Notes under the pieces: generated by a model
Databases searched by the model: none
What the model was told of the DNA's origin: nothing
What the model saw: only the letters and a program-made list of their open reading frames with translations
In this document: positions 56,239-64,000 of the stretch, piece after piece
Layout of the letters: each line of letters starts with the position of its first letter
Numbering within the stretch: the stretch's first letter is position 1
Made by a program: the position numbers and the translations under genes
Source: Terriglobia bacterium
Lineage (GTDB): Bacteria > Acidobacteriota > Terriglobia > 20CM-2-55-15
Direction of reading: 5' to 3'
Assembly (NCBI GenBank): GCA_963664115.2
Contig: CAXWPJ010000002.1
Location: 640,001-704,000, forward strand
Length of the DNA: 64,000 nt

Positions 56239-57420
56239 GTGAATACAACAGAGCAATTCTTCGCCCCCTGCCCCAGAGGTCTTGAGACCGTTCTCGCATC
56301 GGAACTCGAGGCCCTCGAAGCCGAAGCTGTCAAGGCGGTGAAAGGCGGCGTTGGGTTCAGAGGTCCCTTTTCGATCTGTTACACGATCAACCTCGAAAGC
56401 CGCATCGCCAGCCGTGTGTTGTGGCGAGTGGGTTATGCGCGCTACAGTTCCGAGAAGGACATTTACGAAGCGGCGTGTGGTGTGGAGTGGTGCGATTGGT
56501 TCGATGCGAGCCGGACCATACGGGTCAACGTTTCTGCGATCAGGAGCCCGCTCCAGAGCCTGGATTTCACAACCTTGCGAATCAAAGACGCGGTGTGTGA
56601 TGTCTTCCGCGCAGTGACCTCAAGACGCCCGGACGTGAACACTCGAAACCCGGATGTGCGCATCCATGCTTTCCTGACGGCCAACGAATGCACGTTCTAC
56701 CTCGATACTTCAGGCGAGGCGCTGTTCAAGCGCGGCTATCGTGTGGGCAGGGGCGAGGCGCCGATGCGGGAAAACCTGGCGGCCGGCATCCTGCGCCTGA
56801 TCGCTTGGCAGCCCGGAGTGGCGCTGTTGGACCCGATGTGCGGGGGCGGCACTCTTCTGACGGAGGCCGCCATGATAGCCGGCGACATGGCGCCGGGTGG
56901 GTACCGCCGCTTTGGATTTGAAAAGCTCAAGGTTCATGACGCCCGGGCCTGGCAATCCCTGCGTGACCGTGTATGTGCACGGAAGAAGACCTTGAATGAA
57001 ATCGCGATCTACGGCAGCGATCAGAGTAGCGACGCCATCAATTTGGCACACGAGAATCTCGCCGCCCTGGGCATGGAGAAGGGCGTCAGCCTGAAACGCG
57101 TGAACGTACTCGAAACGTCGCCACCGGTCCCATCCGGTCTCATCGTCACCAACCCGCCCTATGGCGTGCGTATGGATGAAGAGAAACGCCTGGCTGAGTT
57201 TTATTCCCAGCTTGGCAACGTCCTCAAGAAGAAATACAGCGGCTGGACGGCCTATATCCTTACTGCCGACATGCGATTGCCCAAATTGATCCGCTTGAAT
57301 GCTTCTAAACGGACTCCGCTGTTCAACGGAGCCCTCGACTGCCGGCTGTTCGAGTTCAAATTGGTGGCCGGGAGCAACCGAAAGCCCCGAACAGCGCTGA
57401 CCCCGGCCGAGCGCGGCTGA
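56239..57420 (+). CDS. THUMP-domain rRNA methyltransferase (RlmL-like)
   Basis: CPRGLE, SRIASRVL, LDTSGEALFKRGYR, APMRENLAA, DPMCGGGT, TNPPYG. Confidence 0.9.
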   Translation: MNTTEQFFAPCPRGLETVLASELEALEAEAVKAVKGGVGFRGPFSICYTINLESRIASRVLWRVGYARYSSEKDIYEAACGVEWCDWFDASRTIRVNVSAIRSPLQSLDFTTLRIKDAVCDVFRAVTSRRPDVNTRNPDVRIHAFLTANECTFYLDTSGEALFKRGYRVGRGEAPMRENLAAGILRLIAWQPGVALLDPMCGGGTLLTEAAMIAGDMAPGGYRRFGFEKLKVHDARAWQSLRDRVCARKKTLNEIAIYGSDQSSDAINLAHENLAALGMEKGVSLKRVNVLETSPPVPSGLIVTNPPYGVRMDEEKRLAEFYSQLGNVLKKKYSGWTAYILTADMRLPKLIRLNASKRTPLFNGALDCRLFEFKLVAGSNRKPRTALTPAERG

Positions 57421-57426
57421 CTTCGA

Positions 57427-58326
57427 ATGCCAAAACCGAATGATGGCGACCCGCCGGTGCCTCCGCCTTCTCGCCTGTACCTTCCCAAGCTGGAATCTCC
57501 TCCCGCGACGATACTGGAACACCTGATCGGGCATTTCCCTCGAGTGTCCCCCGAAACATGGCGCAGCCGGAGCGCGCGCGGGGTGATCACGACGGATCAT
57601 GGTGACCGCGTCACCGAAAACACGCCGTATCGTCACGGCATGACGATCTTCTATCGGAGGGAGCTTGCCTCAGAACCGGAGCCGTCCGAGGAAGAGACTG
57701 TTCTTTACAGGGATGACGAGATCCTCGTCGCCGACAAACCCCACGGGATGGTCGTCACGCCTGCGGGCGACCATGTCGAGCGCTCGCTGCTGGTTCGTCT
57801 CCAGAGGCGAACCGGCTTGAACACGCTCGTACCCGTACACCGGCTGGACCGGGAGACTGCAGGGTTAGTTCTGCTGAGTGTGAATCCGAATACGCGTTCG
57901 CAATACCATGCGCTGTTCGCCGATCGGACTATAGCAAGGGAGTACAGCGCTGTGGCGCACCTTGACGGTGTACCAGCGAAGCGAGCGTGGCACGTCAACA
58001 ACCGGATAGAGGCCGGCGAACCGTGGTTCAGGAAACGGGTGGTCGACGGGCCGCCGAACGCTGTTACGGTCATCGAGCTTGTCGACGCCGGGAAAGGCGT
58101 CGGGCTCTTTCGGATCCGGCCAAAGAGCGGGAAGAAGCACCAGATCCGGGTCCATATGGCGTCGATTGGATTTCCAATCGCCGGCGACCGACTCTACCCC
58201 GAAATAAGGGACGGGAACGACAGTGAATTACCGCTGCAGCTGCTCGCGCGAGGCTTGGAGTTTTCCTGTCCGTTGAGCGGAGACTCCCGGAAGTTTCAAT
58301 CGGCAAGAGAGTTGGTGTGGAGGTGA
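57427..58326 (+). CDS. RluA-family pseudouridine synthase
   Basis: DKPHG, HRLDRETAG (catalytic Asp), GKKHQIRVHM, GDRLY. Confidence 0.92.
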   Translation: MPKPNDGDPPVPPPSRLYLPKLESPPATILEHLIGHFPRVSPETWRSRSARGVITTDHGDRVTENTPYRHGMTIFYRRELASEPEPSEEETVLYRDDEILVADKPHGMVVTPAGDHVERSLLVRLQRRTGLNTLVPVHRLDRETAGLVLLSVNPNTRSQYHALFADRTIAREYSAVAHLDGVPAKRAWHVNNRIEAGEPWFRKRVVDGPPNAVTVIELVDAGKGVGLFRIRPKSGKKHQIRVHMASIGFPIAGDRLYPEIRDGNDSELPLQLLARGLEFSCPLSGDSRKFQSARELVWR

Positions 58327-58470
58327 GACCAGATTCCAGCATCGAGGCAAGTATCTATTCTAGGGCCGTTTTAGATGTGATAAGAGTAGCTCGACATCGA
58401 AAAGTCGAGGACCGGACGTGGACGGAAGCGGATGGTTTTATCGAACGTTGAGCGACAGTTGGAGGCAAAC

Positions 58471-59523
58471 ATGAGTCGGACGCGCATCGTAGGGGCGGGG
58501 ATCATCGCACTGTGGGTTGGATTGTCATTTGCGGCAGCTGCCAATGCGCAGACCATATTCACGACCGAGGATTTTCGCCAGGATCGCGAGCACTGGACCG
58601 ATCCCGCCTATTACAGGAACAACACGGCCCGGGAGTTGACGGACATGCAGGTCAACAACCGGTATGGGGAAGAGGGCTCCGGCACAGACAATTTCGAAAT
58701 TAAGAGTCCATATCCCTACCCGACTGCCGAGGAACACTATGCGGCCTGGCTCGAAGCTGCGAACGGTGGAACCAGCCACACGCTTCAAACCTTGCCGGAC
58801 TGGGACGGGCTCTGGGGTGGAGGTGGCAGCTGGCTTGGAAGCCGAAACATACAGGCCAGCACAATTGCTGCTGCCATGACGCCCCTGTATCAAGAGTATT
58901 ACGTCCAGCAGGTCAAAGCCGAGGCTGAAGGCCGTCATTGGTGGGCCGCAGCGTTTTGTCTTCCCGACGGGTTAATCCGTGCCGTACAGCGTGCGCAACA
59001 GTTTATTGTCCGTCCGAACCAGGTCACGTTCATCAGCGACATGCTCACATCTATTGAGGTCCGCTGGATCTATACCGATAGCAGGGGGCATGCACCTGAG
59101 GACTTTCAGTTTCCGCAGTGGCTGGGCGAATCGATCGCGTTTTGGGACGGTGATGCGCTCGTCGTGCACACCAACCAGATCCGGCAGTGGAATGCCACGC
59201 ACTCGATGTTCGAATGGAGCGGCCAACTGACAACGGTCGAACGCTACGAGCGTGTCGACGATTCGCTCATTGGAGAGATTACTCTGTATGATCCGGTGGC
59301 ATTTCTCGAACCGCTGCATGCCGATTTCAGGTACAACCTTCAGACCAACCCTCAAACCCGGCCCGTCTTCAGTACGTGTACCGACACTAACGGACCGGCA
59401 AGCAATATCTATGTGAACGAAGAGGGTATTCTCGATGAGCGTACGCCGGGAACCCCCGGATATTGGGATCCCACCGATCCCCGTCCGTGGGCCGGGCATT
59501 ACGCCATAGGAGAGAACCGATAA
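58471..59523 (+). CDS. Exported hypothetical protein (DUF6152-associated family), paralog 3
   Basis: GGAGG RBS; signal peptide; PDWDGLW, FCLPDG, RWIYTD, GESIAFWDGDALVVHT, VERY, YDP. Confidence 0.75.
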   Translation: MSRTRIVGAGIIALWVGLSFAAAANAQTIFTTEDFRQDREHWTDPAYYRNNTARELTDMQVNNRYGEEGSGTDNFEIKSPYPYPTAEEHYAAWLEAANGGTSHTLQTLPDWDGLWGGGGSWLGSRNIQASTIAAAMTPLYQEYYVQQVKAEAEGRHWWAAAFCLPDGLIRAVQRAQQFIVRPNQVTFISDMLTSIEVRWIYTDSRGHAPEDFQFPQWLGESIAFWDGDALVVHTNQIRQWNATHSMFEWSGQLTTVERYERVDDSLIGEITLYDPVAFLEPLHADFRYNLQTNPQTRPVFSTCTDTNGPASNIYVNEEGILDERTPGTPGYWDPTDPRPWAGHYAIGENR

Positions 59524-59601
59524 GCTGATAGAATTTGTTCAGGAGATCGGACAGGAATCGCGTCAGATCATGACAGGACACGACAAAGAAGAGAGGATGC
59601 C

Positions 59602-59970
59602 ATGAAGAAAACTGTTGTCGTAACTGGGCTGGCTATCGGACTGGCCCTCAGCACAACGACGCCGGTACTGTCCCATCATTCACACGCAATGTTCGACCAC
59701 CTCGTCGAGGTCACGATCACTGGAACCGTAACGTCTTTCTCTTTCCGCAACCCTCACGTCTTTCTGTATGTCGATGCCCAGGGTGAGGCCGGCGAAGTTG
59801 TGAGCTGGGTCATCGAAATGTCCAATATCGGAAACACGATTCGACGGGGCATCGGGGGCTCGACTTTCAAACCGGGTGACATCATCACCGTCACCATGAA
59901 TCCTCTGAAGAACGGCAGGTTTGGCGGCAACTTTACTTCGATAGCAACGGCGGACGGTAAGACTTACTAA
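59602..59970 (+). CDS. DUF6152-like exported small protein
   Basis: Signal peptide ending VLS|HHS, GTVTSF..RNPHV, FKPGDIITV. Confidence 0.78.
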   Translation: MKKTVVVTGLAIGLALSTTTPVLSHHSHAMFDHLVEVTITGTVTSFSFRNPHVFLYVDAQGEAGEVVSWVIEMSNIGNTIRRGIGGSTFKPGDIITVTMNPLKNGRFGGNFTSIATADGKTY

Positions 59971-60149
59971 CAGGAGCCGGAACACCGCTCGTCCTCTACA
60001 CTCGTGCAGGCACCCCCAGCCACTGCGACCCTCAGAGTACGACGTCGCTTGTCATAAGCGCTTCATCATCGTTTCCCCGCGGTCCCTCGCCGTTCTATCG
60101 AAATGATCTTTATCATATACTGAGTCCATTACCGGAGGAGAGTGTCACC

Positions 60150-60770
60150 GTGAGAGTCCACTACGGGTTGATTCTGGTTCTTGCAGTCGGCTTGTTGTCG
60201 GTATCGACGAGTGCCGGTCAGGAACTGGAACTGTCCCGCAAGGTGATCGAAATCGAGGGACATCCCACACGGGGACCGGTGGATGCGCCCGTGACGATCG
60301 TCGAATTCGGAGACTTCGAATGTCCTTACTGTGGCGCATTGTTTACGACCCTGCAGGCGGTTCAAAGGAACTACCCGGACCAGGTTCGACTCGTGTTTCG
60401 GCAGTTCCCACTCATTTTTACGCATCAGCACGCGCAGAAGGCAGCCGAAGCGTCCTTGTGCGCCCATGAGCAAAATCAATTTTGGGCGTACCACGACTCT
60501 TTGTTCAGAGGCCAGGATGACATCGCTGTCCCGGCTTTAAAGCAGCGTGCGGTGGATATGGGCCTCGACACGGGCCGGTTCAATGAATGCCTGGATTCGG
60601 GTGTCAAGTGGGTCGATGCCGAGCACGACATCGACGACGGGGTGAACGCCGCGGTGTATAGCACGCCGACAATGTTCATCAACGGTCTGATACTCGAAGG
60701 CAGCCATCCTTACCAAAGCATCATTGAAGTGGTCGAGTCAGAACTGGAACGCATCGCCCTAAGCCGGTAA
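60150..60770 (+). CDS. DsbA-family thioredoxin-fold protein
   Basis: GGAGG RBS; signal peptide; GPVDAPVTIVEFGDFECPYC, FPL..H, STPTMFING. Confidence 0.92.
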   Translation: MRVHYGLILVLAVGLLSVSTSAGQELELSRKVIEIEGHPTRGPVDAPVTIVEFGDFECPYCGALFTTLQAVQRNYPDQVRLVFRQFPLIFTHQHAQKAAEASLCAHEQNQFWAYHDSLFRGQDDIAVPALKQRAVDMGLDTGRFNECLDSGVKWVDAEHDIDDGVNAAVYSTPTMFINGLILEGSHPYQSIIEVVESELERIALSR

Positions 60771-60827
60771 ACTCATGCGATCCAAATTCCAGACCTTATG
60801 ATCCAAAAACTGTAGCTTAGGGGGACC

Positions 60828-61964
60828 ATGAGACACCCAATACTTCTGTCACGCACTGTTGTACTGCTTGCCGGCCTGCTCGTAACCGCTTCCGGCGTCG
60901 CACAGACTCTTGAACCTTCAAAGATCGACGTGTCCGAACTCGGCCCTCAGGTGGGAGAGATCGTCCCGGATTTCAGCTTGATGGACCAGAACGGAGAAAC
61001 CTGGACGCGTGAATCGATCATGGGACCGAACGGTGCGATGCTGGTGTTTGTCCGCTCGGCTGGTTGGTGACCATATTGCCGAACGCAGCTCGTGGAGCTG
61101 CAAAGTCAGGTCGAAGAGCTCGCCGAACGGGGTATCGGGCTGGCCGTGATCAGTTACGATGCGGTCGACGTTCTGACCGCGTTCTCCCAGGATCAGGCAA
61201 TCACCTTCCCGATGCTGTCGGACCTCGGTTCCGAGACGATCCGAAGATTCGGTATTCTCAATTCGGTTCCGGAATGGGCCCTCGGGCCCAACAGCGATGA
61301 TCCTGCCGTAGCTGCCGATGTCGCGACCTACGTATCGGTCGTCAATCCAAGGGAACTTATGATCGGCATCGCGTTTCCGGGCACCTTCATTCTCGATACC
61401 GACGGTCGCGTGTCGTCGCGGTATTTCGAAGATTTCTATATCGAACGGAATACCGTGTCGAGCATTATCATGCGGCTTGGGGGTGGGGAAGCCCCCGTTG
61501 AAGCCACGAAAATATCCACTCCGCAACTCGACATCACGACCTATCCAAGCGACGCGGTTGTGGCACCGGGCAATCGTTTTTCGCTGGCTCTTGACGTCCA
61601 GCCGGGCCCCGGAATGCATGTCTATGCGCCCGGTGCGACCGGCTATCAGGTGATCTCCCTGAAGATCGATCCTCAGCCTTTCGTGAGAATCCGGTCGATG
61701 GAGTACCCCGAATCGGCGAACTATTATTTTGAGCCCCTGGACGAGACGGTGCCGGTCTACGAAGAACCATTCAAGCTGATCCAGGAGATCGTCCTGGAGG
61801 GTTCACCTCGGGCACAGGCGGCGTTTCGTGAACAAGAGTTCCTGACGCTCACAGGCACAATTGAATACCAGGCCTGCGACGCCAGCATCTGCTACATCCC
61901 CAGCTCCGTACCCGTTTCGTGGACCCTGTCGCTCGAGGGTTTGTTGCGTCGACAGCCACGCTAA
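60828..61964 (+). CDS. Probable selenoprotein: AhpC/TSA-type redoxin (UxxC) fused to a DsbD N-terminal-like domain
   Basis: ORFs 60828-61070 and 61092-61964 are in frame; TGA 61068-61070 falls in RSAGW-U-PYC-RTQL; SECIS-like hairpin follows; C-terminal GMHVY and YQACDASICYIP. Confidence 0.85.
61085..61101 (+). other. Bacterial SECIS-like hairpin
   Basis: GCAGCTC-GTG-GAGCTGC, a perfect 7-bp stem whose G-starting loop begins 21 nt after the UGA. Confidence 0.75.
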
Positions 61965-61971
61965 GTGTTTC

Positions 61972-61999
61972 CCTGAGAAGGGGCTCGCCCCTTCTCAGG
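61972..61999 (+). terminator. Strong hairpin after the selenoprotein gene
   Basis: CCTGAGAAGGGG-CTCG-CCCCTTCTCAGG, 12-bp stem; lacks a clear U tract. Confidence 0.55.
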
Positions 62000-62251
62000 A
62001 GCTTCACCAACTCTCAAGGTCCTAAAACCGTTTATTCTGCCAACCGACTCGTGACACCGCGATCATCGCGGCCCAGCCGAATCAGGCGGTCCATGCCACC
62101 GTCATCGATAGCCGATTTGATCATCTTGACGTTATCACCGTCAACGCGTCAAACATGCACATTTTCGTCCCACCACCCGGCCTTGTTGTGTGAGTCGTTG
62201 TTATCTAACAACGACTTAAACAAAGGGCTGAATTATGCATTGATTAAAGAC

Positions 62252-62267
62252 ATAAAGATATGTTTAT
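62252..62267. promoter_or_regulatory. SahR-type operator
   Basis: ATAAAGATATGTTTAT is one mismatch from the palindrome ATAAAGATATCTTTAT and lies 9 nt upstream of the ArsR-methyltransferase start. Confidence 0.7.
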
Positions 62268-62276
62268 ATACTTATC

Positions 62277-63299
62277 GTGGCTTGGCCCTCGAATCTCCCG
62301 TTGTTGAACGCCGTACATTGCTTGTGCGCGATTGCCGAGCCCACACGTCTGCGTTTGATCCATCTATTGGCCCAGGGAGAACTGACCGTCAGCGAGATCA
62401 GTCAGATATTGGGTCAGAGTCAGCCTCGTGTCAGTCGGCATCTAAGGCTGCTGTTGGACGGCGGCTTCGTGGCGCGCCTTCCTGAAGGCGCATGGGTATT
62501 CTACCGGCTGGTTGACGCGGGTACCCGGAGCACCGCCGCAGACCTGGCGAACATGCTCGTTGAGAGGCTTGACGCGGGGGATCCCGTTCTTGCCGGTGAT
62601 CTGGAACGATTGACGTCGGTCAAGGCGGAACGGGCGGCAGAAGCGTCCGCCTATTTCGAAGCGCATGCCACCGACTGGGTGAGGGTGCGGGCTCTCTATC
62701 AACCGGTCGCCAAGGTTGAAGCTGCGATGCGTGAGCTTCTCGGACCGCAGTCGGTCGATTTTCTGGTGGATTTCGGTACCGGTACAGGGCGTGTCCTGGA
62801 GGTTCTGGGCGGCCTGTATCGGCGTGCGGTCGGGTTTGATACGAATCACGCCATGCTGAGTATTGCGCGTGTAAATTTGGATCGGGCACAGATTCGTCAT
62901 GCACGCGTGCAACATGGAAATTTCCTGTCCCTGCCGAGATCGTTGGACGAACCTGATGTTGTTGTGATCCATCAGGTCCTGCACTATCTGGACGATCCTG
63001 GGGCGGCTGTTGGGTCGGCTGCACGCCTGCTCGGGCCGAACGGTCGACTTTTGATCGTCGACTTCGCTCCTCATGAGATGGAATTTCTCCGAACGGAACA
63101 TGCGCATCGCCGACTGGGCTATTCTGACGACGAAGTGTTCGAGTGGTGTCGGGGGGCGGGACTCGAAGCCCAGGAGGTCCGTCAGGTCAAGCCACCCCGG
63201 GAACGATCCGGGGAAGTGTCGTCACCCGCCGTATCGCTGTGGCTTGCCTGCCACCCTGCGCATTCGGGCTCCGTCGAAGACCTGGAGATGGCCGGATGA
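62277..63299 (+). CDS. sahR: ArsR-HTH plus SAM-methyltransferase-fold regulator (SahR-like)
   Basis: EPTRLRL, ELTVSE, QSQPRVSRHL; VDFGTGTGR, HQVLHY, LLIVDFAPH; directly upstream of metF. Confidence 0.85.
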   Translation: MAWPSNLPLLNAVHCLCAIAEPTRLRLIHLLAQGELTVSEISQILGQSQPRVSRHLRLLLDGGFVARLPEGAWVFYRLVDAGTRSTAADLANMLVERLDAGDPVLAGDLERLTSVKAERAAEASAYFEAHATDWVRVRALYQPVAKVEAAMRELLGPQSVDFLVDFGTGTGRVLEVLGGLYRRAVGFDTNHAMLSIARVNLDRAQIRHARVQHGNFLSLPRSLDEPDVVVIHQVLHYLDDPGAAVGSAARLLGPNGRLLIVDFAPHEMEFLRTEHAHRRLGYSDDEVFEWCRGAGLEAQEVRQVKPPRERSGEVSSPAVSLWLACHPAHSGSVEDLEMAG

Positions 63300-64000
63300 G
63301 CCGGGTGAAGACTGACACGGTCAAACCACCCCGCGTGTCGTTCGAGTTTTTTCCTCCCCGAACGCCTCAGATGGAGGTAGACCTCTGGCACTCAGTTCAA
63401 CGACTTGAGCCGCTCGAGCCCGCGTTTGTTTCGGTGACCTATGGTGCGGGTGGAAGTACCCGCGAACGCACGCACGCGACCGTCAAGCGAATCGTTAAAG
63501 AAACACCGTTGGACGTTGCCGGACACCTGACGTGTGTCGCCGCTTCACGTGAGGAAGTAAATGCGGTGATTCGGGATTACTGGAACGTGGGAGTGCGGCA
63601 CGTTGTCGCTTTGCGGGGCGATCCGCCGGCAGGGCCGGGCAGCGACTATAAACCCCATCCAGAAGGCTATGCCACGAGCGCCGATCTGGTAGCAGGGGTC
63701 AAACAGTGTGCGCCGTTTGAGGTCAGCGTCGGTTGCTACCCTGAAGTTCATCCCGAGGCCGCGAGCCCGCAGGCCGATCTGGAAATGCTCAAACGCAAGG
63801 TGGACGCCGGCGCGGACCGCGCGATTACGCAGTTCTTTTTCGAGGCGGACGTGTTCTTGCGGTTTTTGGAGAGGGTGCGCGGGGCCGGGATCACGATTCC
63901 GATTGTTCCGGGTATCATGCCGATTCCCAACTTCAAGAACATTCAAAAATTTGCGGCTAAAGTAGGGGCCAACATACCGGTCCGGCTGAGGAAGATCTTA
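63296..64000 (+). CDS. metF: 5,10-methylenetetrahydrofolate reductase (3'-truncated by window edge; absent from the ORF track)
   Basis: Manual translation from ATG 63296: VSFEFFPPRT, FVSVTYGAGGSTRERT, HLTC, ALRGDPP, YPEVHPEA, KVDAGA..AITQFFF. Confidence 0.95.
   Translation, partial: MSRVKTDTVKPPRVSFEFFPPRTPQMEVDLWHSVQRLEPLEPAFVSVTYGAGGSTRERTHATVKRIVKETPLDVAGHLTCVAASREEVNAVIRDYWNVGVRHVVALRGDPPAGPGSDYKPHPEGYATSADLVAGVKQCAPFEVSVGCYPEVHPEAASPQADLEMLKRKVDAGADRAITQFFFEADVFLRFLERVRGAGITIPIVPGIMPIPNFKNIQKFAAKVGANIPVRLRKIL

Noticed and set aside
60828-61070. Separate 80-aa and 290-aa genes, or a pseudogene, as split by the ORF track
   Set aside because: The stop coincides with the redox-active position and is followed by a SECIS-like hairpin, so readthrough is the better explanation.
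61919-62485. 188-aa ORF overlapping the terminator hairpin, operator and sahR start
   Set aside because: Crosses evident regulatory DNA and has atypical composition.

Overview
GC-rich bacterial window, probably from an Acidobacteria-like diderm (inferred from gene content only). It opens with the core kdsB-pyrG-kdsA-kdsC operon. Next comes an accessory block of exported proteins: a DUF6152-like protein with two partners, a lipoprotein, a PQQ enzyme, an amidohydrolase, a DASS transporter and a dihydroxyphthalate-decarboxylase-like protein. tRNA-Gly(CCC) at 13387-13458 is an integration hotspot, and three downstream copies of its 3' half (51827, 52880, 56118) delimit three tandem islands. The first (~38 kb, dead tyrosine integrase) encodes a secretion-like operon with no ABC transporter: TonB-dependent receptor, TolC, membrane-fusion protein, GAF-HlyD, PqqD/RRE-like-M50-HlyD fusion and a truncated SecA-like ATPase. 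A ~7,790-aa LEPR-XLL/RTX giant protein follows, broken once inside a 483-bp tandem repeat. The smaller islands carry higBA, then HU, an amidohydrolase and a cupin. The right end has RlmL-like and RluA-like genes, a second DUF6152 module, DsbA, a probable selenoprotein missed by the ORF track (in-frame TGA in W-U-P-Y-C with a SECIS-like hairpin) and sahR-metF with a palindromic operator. All family calls come from motif recognition by eye; no database search was run.
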